A stretch of 62,002 nucleotides of DNA, counting the filler. It is 5 parts of 5 records of this genome, joined end to end, with 100 filler letters (N's around TTAATTAATTAA, not from the genome) between each part and the next. Parts side by side here need not be neighbours in the genome. Positions count along the whole stretch, not along the records: positions 1 to 28,646 come from SRR20825010_5015; 4 more parts are not named here. One strand, given 5' to 3'. This document shows, one piece after another, positions 1-11,083 of the stretch (position 1 is the stretch's first letter; every line of letters starts with the position of its first letter). Below the pieces are notes generated by a model. The model saw nothing but the letters and a program-made list of their open reading frames with translations, ran no database searches and was not told the DNA's origin. The position numbers and the translations under genes were made by a program.

Positions 1-1207
1 CCTGCTGATAGTTTTCCATCACCGCAATCAACGTGCGGCCAATAGCGAGACCGGAACCATTGAGCGTGTGCACGAAGCGCGTTTGTTTCTCAGCCTTCGG
101 CCGGCACCGCATTTTCATGCGCCGTGCCTGAAAATCACCACAGGTGGAACAGCTTGAGATTTCGCGGTAACGGCCCTGGCCCGGCAGCCATACCTCGATA
201 TCATAGGTGCGGCGCGCACCAAAACCGATGTCGCCAGTGCAAAGCTTGACCGTACGGAACGGTATATCGAGGCGCTTGAGCACCTCTTCCGCGCAGCCTG
301 TCATGCGCTCCAGCTCTTCATCGGATTTGTCTTCGGTTGTCACCGTGACCATCTCGACCTTCTCAAACTGGTGCTGACGGATCATGCCGCGTGTGTCGCG
401 CCCCGCAGACCCCGCTTCCGCTCGGAAACACTGGCTATGCGCCGTGAAACGCAGCGGCAGGTCTTCCTCATCCAGAATTTCGCCGGAATGCAGGTTCGTG
501 AGCGTCACCTCTGAGGTTGGGATCAACCAGTGATCGGTGGTGGTTTTAAACGCATCATCGCCAAATTTTGGTAACTGCCCTGTGCCCAAAAGCGCTGTAT
601 CGCGCACCATGGCAGGGGTGATAACCTCGGTATACCCATGTTCACCCGTGTGCAGGTCGAGCATAAACTGCCCAAGCGCGCGGGAAAGCCGCGCCACACC
701 GGCGGAAAGCACCACAAAGCGCGAGCCTGAAAGCTTGGCCGCGCGCTCAAAGTCCATCATGCCAAGGGCTTCACCAAGGTCGAAATGCTCTCTCGGTTCA
801 AAATCGAAACTTGCAGGCGTGCCCCATGTACGCACTTCAACGTTTTCGTTTTCGTCCGCCCCGTCCGGCACATCGTCATACACCATGTTCGGCAGGCTCA
901 TCAGAAGCGTGTGCAACACCTCACCCGTGGTGCGCTCTTCTTCTTCAAGCTCTGACAAACGGGTCTTGAGGCCGGAAACTTCATCCATCAGCGCCTGTGC
1001 TTCTTCTTCATTGCCCTGCCCTTTGGCGCGGCCAATCAGTTTCGAAGCTTCGTTGCGGCGCGCCTGAGCTGACTGCGCTTCGGTCAGAAGCGCACGGTGC
1101 TTGGCGTCAAGCTCAACAATCTCACTTGCGCGCGGCTCTTCCCCACGGCGTTTGAGCGCCGCGTCAAAAGCTTCTGGGTTTTCACGGATGAATTTCAGGT
1201 CAAACAT
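1..1207 (-). CDS. serS: Seryl-tRNA synthetase (3' end runs off window)
   Basis: Not in ORF track (no stop in window). Manual minus-strand translation from ATG at 1207: [22 protein letters not shown]..., later [57 protein letters not shown]. Follows tatC as usual in alphaproteobacteria. Confidence 0.97.
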   Translation of the reverse strand, partial: MFDLKFIRENPEAFDAALKRRGEEPRASEIVELDAKHRALLTEAQSAQARRNEASKLIGRAKGQGNEEEAQALMDEVSGLKTRLSELEEEERTTGEVLHTLLMSLPNMVYDDVPDGADENENVEVRTWGTPASFDFEPREHFDLGEALGMMDFERAAKLSGSRFVVLSAGVARLSRALGQFMLDLHTGEHGYTEVITPAMVRDTALLGTGQLPKFGDDAFKTTTDHWLIPTSEVTLTNLHSGEILDEEDLPLRFTAHSQCFRAEAGSAGRDTRGMIRQHQFEKVEMVTVTTEDKSDEELERMTGCAEEVLKRLDIPFRTVKLCTGDIGFGARRTYDIEVWLPGQGRYREISSCSTCGDFQARRMKMRCRPKAEKQTRFVHTLNGSGLAIGRTLIAVMENYQQ

Positions 1208-1231
1208 TAGGACTCTCGGTTTATTGAGGGC

Positions 1232-2074
1232 TCAGCTCGCCTCGTCTTCCAAGGCTTCAGCTTTCGCTTTTTTCTTTTCTGTCGCTGCAATCAGCAGGAT
1301 GGAAATCTCATACAGGAGCAGTATGGGAATGCCAAGAGCGATCTGGCTAATTGGGTCAGGCGGCGTGAGGAAAGCTGCGGTCAGGAACGTGCCCACAACC
1401 ATATAGCGGCGCTTGGCCCGCAGTGATTCTGCCGACACTATACCAACCCGCCCCATGAGCGTCAGGGCGACAGGCAAGAGGAACGCGGCGCCAAAACCAA
1501 AGATCATCTGCATCACAAGGGAGAGATATTCGCTTACCCGTGCTTCCGCCGTGATGGCAATAGCCCCGGCCCCACCAGCTTGCTCAAAGCTCAGCAGAAA
1601 CTGCCAAGCCCATGGGATAACAAGGAAATAGGCAAGTGAAGCGCCCATGGCGAAAAGAATGGGCGTTGCCACAAGAAACGGCAGGAATGCTTTTTTCTCG
1701 TCCCGGTACAGGCCCGGCGCAACAAATTTCCAAAGCTGCAATGCCAACAGCGGGAAGGTAACGATAAAGGCCCCGTATAAAGCCACCTTCAGGTTAACGG
1801 CAAAACCTTCCATCAACCCTGTGAAGATCATGCGCGCGTTCTCGTTCCCCGCCTGCGCTTCCATATAGGGGCGTGCGAGGATCTGGAATATCTCCGCCGA
1901 GAAATACACACCAATACCAAAGGTGATTGCCATGCCGATCAGTACCTTGATCAGGCGGCCGCGAAGCTCGTTCAAATGATCAAGCAGCGGCGCGCGGCTG
2001 GCTTCTACCTCGTCTTCGTCCGTGATATCCGGCTTGCCGGGGACTTCACCACCAAGCTGTTCCGGGGTCATCAT
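1232..2074 (-). CDS. tatC: Twin-arginine translocase subunit TatC
   Basis: [40 protein letters not shown]; multiple TM segments. Confidence 0.97.
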   Translation of the reverse strand: MMTPEQLGGEVPGKPDITDEDEVEASRAPLLDHLNELRGRLIKVLIGMAITFGIGVYFSAEIFQILARPYMEAQAGNENARMIFTGLMEGFAVNLKVALYGAFIVTFPLLALQLWKFVAPGLYRDEKKAFLPFLVATPILFAMGASLAYFLVIPWAWQFLLSFEQAGGAGAIAITAEARVSEYLSLVMQMIFGFGAAFLLPVALTLMGRVGIVSAESLRAKRRYMVVGTFLTAAFLTPPDPISQIALGIPILLLYEISILLIAATEKKKAKAEALEDEAS

Positions 2075-2478
2075 GCCTTTGGCTCCCCATCTTTAGTGGT
2101 TTTTTTAGTGGTTTTCGGCTTTTCATCACCCACCATTTTCGGGGTCTTTTGGTCTTTTGGGGAGGCTTTTTTGGCCACTTTCATGGCTTCTTCCGCTTCC
2201 TCAGCTTCCCGATTTTTCATAATGTGATTGGTGATCTCTTCAGGGCTCATGCCCGGGCGCAAGCCTTCTTTGTCTTTCAGGTCCCGAAACGGGTCTGTCT
2301 CGCGCTCAGCTTCCGCAGCCAATTGCTCAACGCCCTGTCGGAACTCAGCCGATAGCTCACGCATACGGCGGACAAGCCCGCCGATCGTGCGCAAAAGCTT
2401 GGGCAGCTCTTTAGGACCGACAACAACAAGTGCCAGCACAGCGACGACAAAAAGCTCCATCGCACCGATATCAAACAT
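2071..2478 (-). CDS. tatB: Twin-arginine translocase subunit TatB
   Basis: [30 protein letters not shown] overlap with tatC. Confidence 0.95.
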   Translation of the reverse strand: MFDIGAMELFVVAVLALVVVGPKELPKLLRTIGGLVRRMRELSAEFRQGVEQLAAEAERETDPFRDLKDKEGLRPGMSPEEITNHIMKNREAEEAEEAMKVAKKASPKDQKTPKMVGDEKPKTTKKTTKDGEPKA

Positions 2479-2516
2479 GAATACGGACTCCCGACCTCAG
2501 AACTGATGGTGCTGGT

Positions 2517-2759
2517 TTACGCGTCAGTTTTGTCTTTTTCTTGTTCAGCTGTTTTGACAACTTCGCCGTCGATGGTTTTTTTATCTTCCACAGCTTTTGG
2601 CGCTTCATCTTCAGGCGCGTCCATGCCTTCCTTGAGGCCTTTGCGGAAGCTTGTGATGCCTTGTGCAACATCACCCATCAGGCCGGAAATCTTGCCACGG
2701 CCAAACAAAAGCACAATCAACAGCACTACCAGTGCAATTTGCAACCAACCCGGAAACAT
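2517..2759 (-). CDS. tatA: Twin-arginine translocase subunit TatA
   Basis: [36 protein letters not shown]. Confidence 0.95.
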   Translation of the reverse strand: MFPGWLQIALVVLLIVLLFGRGKISGLMGDVAQGITSFRKGLKEGMDAPEDEAPKAVEDKKTIDGEVVKTAEQEKDKTDA

Positions 2760-2850
2760 CGTTCTATTCTCCCTCTCGCCGCCAAACAGTCGGCGTTTAT
2801 GTTGTTTTGGCTTGTATCATTATCTGGGAAGCCCCGCCAGCCATGACAAG

Positions 2851-3615
2851 TCACGGCTCGGTGCGCTCATCCTCAGTGTCACCATCAATATCTTCAAACT
2901 CGTCTTCCTGAGGCTCAGACTGCTCCGCGCGCTCAGACATGGCGATGGCTTCCTCAAGGTCTATCTGACCCTGGGCCTCCTCAAGCGCCTTGGCTGGGTC
3001 TGGCATGCCACCCATTTTATCAAGCGCCACATCAACGCTATCCAGAAGCCCGGCTGCTTTCAGCTCCTGCACCCCCGGCAGGTCCTTGATCGTCTCAATG
3101 CCAAAATGCACCAGGAAATCTTCCGTTGTGCCATAAGTAACAGGTCGGCCCGGTGTGCGTTTACGGCCCATCATGCGCGCCCAGCCTGCTTCCATCAGCA
3201 CATCAAGCGTGCCCTTGGAGATGGAAACACCTCTGATCTCTTCAATTTCCGCCCGTGTAACAGGCTGGTGGTAAGCGATGATAGCCATCGTTTCCACCGC
3301 AGCGCGGGACAGTTTGCGCGGTTCGTCCACCTCACGACGCAGCAGGAAAGACAGGTCCTCTGCGGTGCGGAACATAAACTTGCCCGCCACCTGCACGATA
3401 TTGACACCCGCGTGCGCATACGCGTCCCGCAGGTCTTCAATGTGGGCTGCAACGTCAACACCTTCAGGCAGCCGTTCAGCAATATCCTCAATTGAGAGCG
3501 GGTTCTCACTCGCAAACAAAATAGCTTCCACCATACGGCGGTGCTGGATCGCCAGTTCCGGGCTAACAGCTTGTGCCTCTGCGGCCTGAGTTTCTGTAGT
3601 TTCGGTTTGTAACAT
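2851..3615 (-). CDS. scpB: SMC-Scp complex subunit ScpB
   Basis: EAILFAS, KLSRAAVETMAIIAYHQPVTRAEIEEIRGV, PGRPVTYGTT. Confidence 0.97.
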   Translation of the reverse strand: MLQTETTETQAAEAQAVSPELAIQHRRMVEAILFASENPLSIEDIAERLPEGVDVAAHIEDLRDAYAHAGVNIVQVAGKFMFRTAEDLSFLLRREVDEPRKLSRAAVETMAIIAYHQPVTRAEIEEIRGVSISKGTLDVLMEAGWARMMGRKRTPGRPVTYGTTEDFLVHFGIETIKDLPGVQELKAAGLLDSVDVALDKMGGMPDPAKALEEAQGQIDLEEAIAMSERAEQSEPQEDEFEDIDGDTEDERTEP

Positions 3616-3620
3616 GATCT

Positions 3621-4433
3621 TCAGTCGTTCTTGTTATCGTTTGCCCCGGTTCCGTCGTCCTGCACACGCTGGCGCAGGTAGATGGGGCCGAAGGTTTCCA
3701 TTTGTCTCAGGTCCGCCTGCCCTGCTTTTGCAAGCTCGAGCGAGGCTGCGAACATGCTCGCAAGCGCAGAACGCCGCAGCCTGTCGTCTTTCAAATTATT
3801 TGGCAGAAAGGTCGAAAGCGTAGACCACGTAAAAGCGTCCCCGATCAAGCCCGATAGTCGCTCAATAGCATCCTCAAGCGAATAGATGGGCCGCCGCTCA
3901 ATTCTTATCTCTGTAATCGAATGACGCTGGCGGTTATCAGCATACGCGCGTAACAACTCATAGAGCGTAACGTCATAGCTGCCTTTTTTAAGGAGCTTGA
4001 GGCCTTCAGGCTTGCCGCGGCGGAACACGTCGCGCCCCATCCGGTCGCGCGCCATAAGGCGGGCCCCTGCTTCACGCATCGCCTCAAGGCGCTGGAGGCG
4101 AAGCTGCAGACGGAAGGCCAGTTCCTCAGCGGATGGCTCTTCATCATCATCTTCCTTAGGCAGCAACAGGCGAGATTTAAGGTACGCAAGCCACGCCGCC
4201 ATCACCAGATAATCTGCCGCAAGCTCAAGCTTCAGTTTCTTAGCGGCCGCAACAAATTCAAGGAACTGCTCAACAAGCTCGAGGATCGAGATTTGGGTGA
4301 GATCCACCTTCTGTGCCCGTGCAAGCGTAAGAAGCACATCAAGAGGCCCCTCGAACCCTTCCATCTGGAGAACGAGCTGGTCAGGGTCATGGCCCTGGGG
4401 TGTTACACCTTTAATGTCTTCTTCAAATTCCAT
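3621..4433 (-). CDS. scpA: Segregation and condensation protein A
   Basis: FEGPLDVLLTLAR, AADYLVMAAWLAYLKSRLLLP; adjacent to scpB. Confidence 0.97.
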   Translation of the reverse strand: MEFEEDIKGVTPQGHDPDQLVLQMEGFEGPLDVLLTLARAQKVDLTQISILELVEQFLEFVAAAKKLKLELAADYLVMAAWLAYLKSRLLLPKEDDDEEPSAEELAFRLQLRLQRLEAMREAGARLMARDRMGRDVFRRGKPEGLKLLKKGSYDVTLYELLRAYADNRQRHSITEIRIERRPIYSLEDAIERLSGLIGDAFTWSTLSTFLPNNLKDDRLRRSALASMFAASLELAKAGQADLRQMETFGPIYLRQRVQDDGTGANDNKND

Positions 4434-5086
4434 TACACCGGCACACCAACCAAGCTCACAACAAGATCGGTCATGAAGAATGTTGGCACAAGGATTATCT
4501 CTTTCGCGAGGATGATAATACCCATCAGGATGAAAAAGCCATAGGGTGCAATCGAGCGATAGCTTTTTGCGGCCTCATGGGGCAGGAACTGCTCAACAAC
4601 TCCGCCACCATCAAGCGGCGGAATCGGCAGAAGGTTAAACACCATAAACAGACAGTTCATGAAGATGCCGTAGTACATGGTGTTGGTAATCCAGTCAGCG
4701 CCAGTGGCGCCAAAGCCGATAGAGAACCGCAGCACATAAGCGCAAAAGAAGGCCACCACAAGGTTGCCGAACGGGCCCGCAAGCGCCACAATTACCATAT
4801 CACGGCGCGTATTCTTAAAATACCGAGGCTGAATAGGCACCGGCTTTGCGTAGCCGATCAGGAACGGCAGGCTCGCGAGAACCGCAACCAGCGGAATGAT
4901 AACCGTGCCCACTTTATCAACGTGCACCAAGGGGTTCAGGGACAATCGCCCCTGCGACTTGGCTGTACTGTCACCCAGGGCGTTGGCCGCAAACGCGTGC
5001 CCCGCTTCATGCAACGTAACCGCCAGCAAAAACGGCAATGCCATGATGCTGAGCAGGTGCATTTTATCCGCCATCATATCCAACAA
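4433..5086 (-). CDS. Site-2 protease family (M50) membrane metalloprotease
   Basis: HEAGH zinc motif, ALAGP, FNLLPIPPLDGG. Confidence 0.93.
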   Translation of the reverse strand: MLDMMADKMHLLSIMALPFLLAVTLHEAGHAFAANALGDSTAKSQGRLSLNPLVHVDKVGTVIIPLVAVLASLPFLIGYAKPVPIQPRYFKNTRRDMVIVALAGPFGNLVVAFFCAYVLRFSIGFGATGADWITNTMYYGIFMNCLFMVFNLLPIPPLDGGGVVEQFLPHEAAKSYRSIAPYGFFILMGIIILAKEIILVPTFFMTDLVVSLVGVPV

Positions 5087-5121
5087 GGATTGGTCCTCTT
5101 AACTTGTGCCCTTAGTGTGGC

Positions 5122-6129
5122 TTAGAATTTTTCCATCAATGTGTCATAGCGCGCGCGCAGGTCGGCGCGGTTTGGCATAGGCTTTTGATCTGCCTCAGAT
5201 ATGAGAGAAGCGATACGTTTCTCAAGCTTTCCTGAGATGGGATGCGCCGCGCTTGCGATAGTCTGCATTTCATCAAGTTTGCCATTGCAATGCAGTACCA
5301 GATCACAGCCTGCTGCGAACGAGTTACGGGTGAGTGTTTCAAAATCACCTGACAGCGCCTTCATGGACAGATCATCTGACATCAAAATGCCGCTGAAGCC
5401 AAATTTCATGCGGATAACACGGCCAATCACCACTCTGGATAACGTTGCCGGTGCTTTGGGGTCGATAGCGCTATATTTGATATGCGCTGTCATGCCGAAG
5501 GGCGCGTCGTTGATAGCACGAAACGGCACAAAATCTGTTTTATCCAGCTCCGCAACCGGCGTGTCTACAACGGGCAGCTCGAGATGACTGTCCACAGTTG
5601 CGCGGCCGTGCCCCGGCAGGTGTTTGATCACCGGCAGCACGCCAGTGTCCATCAGGGCATCAACCACAATGCGGCCAAACGCCGCCACAAGGTCAGGATC
5701 GCGAGAGAAAGCACGGTCACCCACAATGGGGTCGGCGTCATCGCGCATGACATCAAGCACAGGCAGGCAGTCCACATTCACGCCAACACGCCTGAGGTCA
5801 TCCGCGATCAAGCGGCAATTGAGCCGAAGTGCGCTCGCCGCAAGGGTCGGGTCTTTTTTTGCCATGTTGCCGAACACTGCCATCGGTGGATATTTCCGCC
5901 AGTTCGGCTCGGTCATGCGCTGCACGCGGCCACCTTCCTGATCAATCAGGATAGGAACTTTGTGGCGGCCAACCGCTTTTTTGAGGTCAGCTACCAGCGC
6001 CCTGATCTGATCAGGCTCCACACAGTTCCGCCTAAAGAGAATGAAACCGGCTGGCTTCACGCGCTCAAAAAAGCCGCGCTCTTCTTTCGTAAGCACTGGG
6101 CCTGAGCAGCCAAAAATGACAGGGATCAT
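5122..6129 (-). CDS. nagZ: Beta-N-acetylhexosaminidase (GH3)
   Basis: IDQEGGRVQR, KHLPGHGRATVDSH, MSDDLSM. Confidence 0.96.
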   Translation of the reverse strand: MIPVIFGCSGPVLTKEERGFFERVKPAGFILFRRNCVEPDQIRALVADLKKAVGRHKVPILIDQEGGRVQRMTEPNWRKYPPMAVFGNMAKKDPTLAASALRLNCRLIADDLRRVGVNVDCLPVLDVMRDDADPIVGDRAFSRDPDLVAAFGRIVVDALMDTGVLPVIKHLPGHGRATVDSHLELPVVDTPVAELDKTDFVPFRAINDAPFGMTAHIKYSAIDPKAPATLSRVVIGRVIRMKFGFSGILMSDDLSMKALSGDFETLTRNSFAAGCDLVLHCNGKLDEMQTIASAAHPISGKLEKRIASLISEADQKPMPNRADLRARYDTLMEKF

Positions 6130-6140
6130 CTATTCGACCT

Positions 6141-6941
6141 TCAAGGGTTTACAACAATACAGGCTTGTTGCTGCGCGCGCAGGCCAAGGCAAACTTCATC
6201 AGCCGCAGCGCGTGTCTCAAGCAGACCCACACGAAGGCGGTATAGCGTACGGTCACCGGTTTTCACGGCTTCATAGCTTGGGCTAAGGCCTGAGAGGAAA
6301 TTGCTGAACTTGCCGCGCACCGCGCGCCACGCTTTCTCTGCAGATTCTTCCGAGCCATAAGCACCAAGCTGAACCTTGAAGCCCGTGCTCGCGGTTGCTT
6401 TCGCAGGTGTAGGCTTGGTTGCTTCAGGCTTTTTTTCAGCTTTCGGCTGCGGTTTTGGCGCTGGCGTTTCAGCTTTGGCAGTTGGGGCGTTTTCTGTGAC
6501 CTGCGCCGCGATATCTCCGATAGGGTCTTCAGCGTCAGCCAACTCTTCTTCCTCAGGCAGCGCTTCAAGCGGTTCTTCCGGCTGCGGCGCAAGAGTTACC
6601 TCGCTTGAGGAATCCTGCGTGCCGTTTGCACGTTCAAACACCTGCTTGTCCTGATACGGCACGTCCATACCGCCAGGGTCTGTCGGTTTTTCACGAATGG
6701 GGTTGGTATCCGCCGTGATATGCCGCGGTGCCTCGTCGGAACTCCCGTCATAAAGCGAAAAGATAACCGCAACAAAAAGCGCCACCACAGTCACAGCAAC
6801 AGCGGCTGCTACCCACATGCGTTTACCGGCAAGGAAACCAACGGGTTCTTCCTCTTCCGGTACGGGCTGCAGCCAAGGCGGAATATCCTTCTCCGCTGTC
6901 AAAGGCTCTCTATTTGGTGTGTTTTTGTCATTGTCGGCCAT
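6141..6941 (-). CDS. SPOR-domain cell division protein (FtsN-like)
   Basis: Single TM, acidic/Pro-rich linker, C-terminal FKVQLGAY...YRLRVG SPOR domain; argS-SPOR-nagZ synteny. Confidence 0.9.
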   Translation of the reverse strand: MADNDKNTPNREPLTAEKDIPPWLQPVPEEEEPVGFLAGKRMWVAAAVAVTVVALFVAVIFSLYDGSSDEAPRHITADTNPIREKPTDPGGMDVPYQDKQVFERANGTQDSSSEVTLAPQPEEPLEALPEEEELADAEDPIGDIAAQVTENAPTAKAETPAPKPQPKAEKKPEATKPTPAKATASTGFKVQLGAYGSEESAEKAWRAVRGKFSNFLSGLSPSYEAVKTGDRTLYRLRVGLLETRAAADEVCLGLRAQQQACIVVNP

Positions 6942-6942
6942 G

Positions 6943-8694
6943 TTACCGCATTTCCTCCAGTGGCGTTACGCCCAGCACAGTCAGCCCGCTTGCAATCACT
7001 ATCGCGACCGCGCGCACAAGCGCCATCCGTGCTTTGGTAACTGCCTCATCCCCTTCGATGATGAACCTCAGGCTCGCATCATCGTTACCCTTGTTCCAGA
7101 AAGTATGGAACTCTGAGGCTAAATCATAAAGGAAAAACGCAATACGGTGGGGTTCATGCGCTTCCGCTGCAGCCTCAACCATACGCGGCCAGGCCATGCA
7201 CTGTTTGATCATGCCGATCTCGCCTTCCGTTGACAGAAGCGCCAGGTCAGCACCAGCGAGGCTAGTGTCCGTTGTATTGAGGGACGGGAAAGCCTCTTTT
7301 GCTTTTGCAAGCACCGAACACACCCGTGCATGTGCATATTGCACATAAAACACGGGGTTATCTTTCGATTGTTCCATCACCTTTTTGAAGTCGAAATCAA
7401 GCGGGGCGTCGTTTTTTCGTGTCAGCATAATGAAACGGGTCACACCTGCGCCCACTTCTTCAACAACCTCACGCAGCGTCACGAAGTTGCCAGCACGCTT
7501 GGACATTTTGAACGGCTCACCATTACGGTAAAGCTTCACTAGTTGGCAAAGCCGCACGTCAAGAGATCCATCTTCCGAAAGCGCCTTCACTGCCGCCTGC
7601 ATACGTTTCACATAGCCGCCGTGGTCTGCACCCAGAACGTCAATCATCTGTTTGTAACCACGCACATATTTATCGTGGTGGTAGGCAATGTCGGCAGCAA
7701 AATAGGTATATTCACCGGTAGATTTCTGCAAAGGCCGGTCCACATCGTCACCAAAATCGGTCGCGCGGAACAAGGTCTGCTTACGCGGCTCCCAATCCTC
7801 AGGCGTTTTACCTTTTGGTGGCTCCAGCACGCCTTCATAGATGTGTCCGCGGCTTTTCAGCACTTCAACGGCCTCGGGGATACGCCCACTTTCATGAAGC
7901 GACCGCTCAGAGAAGAACGTATCATGCTCAACACCAAGTTGGCGCAGGTCTTCCCGGATCATCACCATCATGGCATCAGAGGCTTCAACCTTGAAAAGCG
8001 CCAGCCATTCGTCCTCTGGTGCATCCAGAAACTTGTCGCCGTATTTTTCCTTGAGCGTTTCCCCAACCGGCACCAGATAGTCACCCGGATAAAGCCCTTC
8101 AGGGATTTCACCGATAGCGCGGCCGTGTGCTTCCTGATAGCGCAAGTGCGCAGAGCGCGCGAGCGTATCGATCTGGCTGCCTGCGTCGTTTATGTAATAC
8201 TCCTTGCAGACCTCAAACCCGGCTTTACCGAGAAGGTTCGCAAGTGCATCACCAAACACAGCGCCGCGCACGTGCCCCACATGCATTGGGCCTGTGGGGT
8301 TGGCAGATACATATTCGATATTGACCTTCTCGCCGCCACCCTGGGTGCTATCGCCAAAGCTTGTGCCTGCATCCAGGATCGCTTTTACCTGCGCCTGCCA
8401 GAAGCTTGGTGCCAGCCGCATATTGATGAAGCCGGGGCCGGCAATCTCAACGCTTTCCACCTCAGCATGGGCCTCAAGGCCCGGCGCCAGCAGTTCAGCA
8501 ATATCGCGCGGCTTCATGCGCGCGGCTTTCGCCAGCACGAGGCCCGCGTTGGTCGCAATGTCGCCGTGGCTTGCGTCACGCGGCGGCTCGACGGCGATAT
8601 TTTTCAGGTCCAGCCCTTCGGGCAGCTTGCCGCTTTTGGCAAGGCCAAACAGAAGGTCGTCAATAACACCCCGAAAATGGGTAAATACATTCAT
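6943..8694 (-). CDS. argS: Arginyl-tRNA synthetase
   Basis: [34 protein letters not shown]. Confidence 0.98.
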   Translation of the reverse strand: MNVFTHFRGVIDDLLFGLAKSGKLPEGLDLKNIAVEPPRDASHGDIATNAGLVLAKAARMKPRDIAELLAPGLEAHAEVESVEIAGPGFINMRLAPSFWQAQVKAILDAGTSFGDSTQGGGEKVNIEYVSANPTGPMHVGHVRGAVFGDALANLLGKAGFEVCKEYYINDAGSQIDTLARSAHLRYQEAHGRAIGEIPEGLYPGDYLVPVGETLKEKYGDKFLDAPEDEWLALFKVEASDAMMVMIREDLRQLGVEHDTFFSERSLHESGRIPEAVEVLKSRGHIYEGVLEPPKGKTPEDWEPRKQTLFRATDFGDDVDRPLQKSTGEYTYFAADIAYHHDKYVRGYKQMIDVLGADHGGYVKRMQAAVKALSEDGSLDVRLCQLVKLYRNGEPFKMSKRAGNFVTLREVVEEVGAGVTRFIMLTRKNDAPLDFDFKKVMEQSKDNPVFYVQYAHARVCSVLAKAKEAFPSLNTTDTSLAGADLALLSTEGEIGMIKQCMAWPRMVEAAAEAHEPHRIAFFLYDLASEFHTFWNKGNDDASLRFIIEGDEAVTKARMALVRAVAIVIASGLTVLGVTPLEEMR

Positions 8695-9902
8695 AGTGAT
8701 ACTCTGTTCAAATCAAACAATTTTGCATGTTCGCGGAAGGCGAAGCGGTCGGTCATGCCCGCGATAAAGTCGGCGACCACACGAGCGGTTTCAGCTGAAT
8801 TACGCTCACCCGCTCGCTCGCTCCATTCTGTGGGCAGGCATTCGGGCTCAGAGATATATAGATTGAAGAGGTCAGTGACCACCCTTTTTGCCTTGCTGCC
8901 CATACGGTTGACCAGATAATGGCGGTACATGCGATCAAAGAGGAATCCCTTCAACTCCTTCACCGCCTGCTGCATGTCATTACCAAACGCAATTGTCGGC
9001 TGGCCAGCATTGCGGATCTCGTCAGGCGTTTTAGGGGCAAGGGCAGTGATACGCTTGGTGCTTTCCACCATCAGATCCGCCACCATACGGTTGATCAAGC
9101 GGCGTACCAGCTCATGGATAGTGACATCACGCGGCGCATCCGGGTAGGTCCATTTAACCTCATCAATCAGCTGCATCACAACCGGGATACGCTTGAGTTC
9201 AGAAAGTTCAAACAACCCTGCCCGCAGCCCGTCATCAAGGTCGTGGCTTGAATAGGCAATATCGTCTGCAAGTGCTGCGATCTGCGCCTCAGCGGATGCG
9301 TAGGTGTGAATTTCAAGGTCATTTTCAGGTAGGTAGTCCCGGAACCCAAACGGCAGATGCTCTGGCGGGTTTTTCGGGTCAACCGGCTCGTCGGTGAGCG
9401 GGCCGTTATGTTTCGCCAAACCTTCTAGGGTTTCCCATGTCAGGTTCAGGCCTTCAAAGGACGCATAGCGGTGCTCCAGTCGGGTCAGGAGCCGCAGCGC
9501 CTGCGCATTGTGGTCAAAACCGTCAAAGCTGCCCATGCAGTCATTCAGCACACTTTCGCCGATGTGGCCGAAAGGCGGATGCCCGAGGTCATGCGCAAGC
9601 GCAAGCGCTTCCGCCAGGTCTTCATTCAGGTGCATAGAGCGAGAGATAGACCGTGCGATCTGTGCCACCTCAAGCGAGTGGGTCAGCCGTGTACGGAAGT
9701 GATCACCCTCATGATAGACAAAAACCTGGGTCTTGTGTTTGAGACGCCTGAAGCTCGATGAATGGATCACCCGGTCCCGGTCACGCTGATAACAGCTGCG
9801 ATTCGGTGTCTCGGGTTCCTTGAATACCCGGCCACGGCTTTCAGACGGCTTGCAAGCATAAGACGCGAGCGTCTCTTCATAGCGTGGCAAAGTATCGTTC
9901 AT
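8691..9902 (-). CDS. dgt: Deoxyguanosinetriphosphate triphosphohydrolase (HD domain)
   Basis: [51 protein letters not shown]; conserved position upstream of argS. Confidence 0.95.
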   Translation of the reverse strand: MNDTLPRYEETLASYACKPSESRGRVFKEPETPNRSCYQRDRDRVIHSSSFRRLKHKTQVFVYHEGDHFRTRLTHSLEVAQIARSISRSMHLNEDLAEALALAHDLGHPPFGHIGESVLNDCMGSFDGFDHNAQALRLLTRLEHRYASFEGLNLTWETLEGLAKHNGPLTDEPVDPKNPPEHLPFGFRDYLPENDLEIHTYASAEAQIAALADDIAYSSHDLDDGLRAGLFELSELKRIPVVMQLIDEVKWTYPDAPRDVTIHELVRRLINRMVADLMVESTKRITALAPKTPDEIRNAGQPTIAFGNDMQQAVKELKGFLFDRMYRHYLVNRMGSKAKRVVTDLFNLYISEPECLPTEWSERAGERNSAETARVVADFIAGMTDRFAFREHAKLFDLNRVSL

Positions 9903-10023
9903 ATGTCTCTCTCCAATTCATGATGGGCGCGTTTCCGGCACATTAAAGCTGCCCAATTTTTTGGGCAACTGTTTGCTGGATTTTTCTTGTGACGCACGCT
10001 TCCTTCTGTCACGATTGAAATTA

Positions 10024-10070
10024 TTAACAAAACGTTAATTGCATTCATTGCCAGTTAATACATTTTTAAC
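10024..10070. promoter_or_regulatory. Two tandem CtrA boxes (TTAA-N7-TTAA)
   Basis: TTAA-caaaacg-TTAA at 10024-10038 and TTAA-tacattt-TTAAC at 10055-10070, both exact consensus, upstream of the PAS gene. Confidence 0.8.
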
Positions 10071-10083
10071 TAAGCTGATAAAC

Positions 10084-10602
10084 ATGATCGAAGACGCAAC
10101 AAAAATTGAGGGTGACCTTCCTGTTGAGCCAGGTGCTTTTCAGGCGGAAATCCTTGATCATTGGCGCGAAATTCAGCATGGCAGGCGCTACCCGGACAAA
10201 CGCGAGTTTCGCCCGCAAAAGTTCCCACGCTTCCTGCCCCAGCTCGCGATTGTGTCGGTAAACGGTGAAGACGACTATGACGACCGCCTCACCGGCGCCA
10301 CAGTGCTTGAAGTATTGCGGCTCAGTAAATCTCATGACCGGCTGGTGGATCCGGCGGACGGCAACGTGCGCGAACTTGTGCGGAATATGCTTTCAAGCAC
10401 TGCCAAAGCCGATGCACCGATGTATTTCAAGGGCCAGTTCCAGCCTGAAGAAACTCGCCCTATCGACTTCACGGCACTTGTCCTACCCTTCTCCCACAAC
10501 GGGGATGCAGATGTACTGGATACCATGATGCTCGCGTTTGACTTCAGCAAACGGCAATCCATCGAGGTTTCCTTCGACGAAGAAATCAGCACCACGGACT
10601 AG
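10084..10602 (+). CDS. Stand-alone PAS-domain protein (PAS_5/DUF1457-like)
   Basis: ILDHWREIQHGRRYPDKREFRPQKFPRFLPQLAIV...RLTG...ALVLPF pattern. ATG 10084 preferred over TTG 10039, which lies among the CtrA boxes. Confidence 0.75.
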   Translation: MIEDATKIEGDLPVEPGAFQAEILDHWREIQHGRRYPDKREFRPQKFPRFLPQLAIVSVNGEDDYDDRLTGATVLEVLRLSKSHDRLVDPADGNVRELVRNMLSSTAKADAPMYFKGQFQPEETRPIDFTALVLPFSHNGDADVLDTMMLAFDFSKRQSIEVSFDEEISTTD

Positions 10603-10653
10603 TCGCCCGCGCGATCTTTCACCCGGAAATCCAACATTCCACAACCTCGTGAA

Positions 10654-10682
10654 TTGACGCGGCGCGTGCGCATGCCTACATA
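10654..10682 (+). promoter_or_regulatory. Putative promoter of erpA (sigma70/RpoH-like)
   Basis: TTGACG-17 nt-TACATA. Confidence 0.45.
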
Positions 10683-10699
10683 AGGACCATAGATTTTAC

Positions 10700-11068
10700 A
10701 TGAGCGAGTATGAGCATCAAATGAGCACACCTGAAAAAGCACCCCCTGTTGGCTTCAGCGAAAACGCGGCAAACCGCGTGGCGGCGCTGATTGCCCAGCA
10801 AGGCAACCCCAACCTGAAGCTTCGGCTTTCGGTCTCTGGTGGCGGCTGCAGCGGCTTTCAGTATAGCTTTGACTTTGATGAAGAGCAGAAAGACGATGAC
10901 ATAGTGGTTGAACGCAACGGGGTTACCCTGCTTGTGGACAATATGTCCCTTCTCTATCTCATGGGCTCGGAAGTTGATTTTGTGGAAGACCTTGTCGGCG
11001 CTTCCTTCCAGGTAAAAAATCCGAATGCCACATCTTCCTGCGGCTGCGGCACCTCATTTGCGATCTAA
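10700..11068 (+). CDS. erpA: Iron-sulfur cluster insertion protein ErpA (HesB/IscA family)
   Basis: GGGCSGFQYSF and NPNATSSCGCGTSF. Confidence 0.95.
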   Translation: MSEYEHQMSTPEKAPPVGFSENAANRVAALIAQQGNPNLKLRLSVSGGGCSGFQYSFDFDEEQKDDDIVVERNGVTLLVDNMSLLYLMGSEVDFVEDLVGASFQVKNPNATSSCGCGTSFAI

Positions 11069-11083
11069 AAGGCAATCAGGCAT

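Noticed and set aside
8691-9902. dGTPase as an anti-phage nucleotide-depletion gene
   Set aside because: It lies in the conserved housekeeping dgt-argS context with host-like composition.
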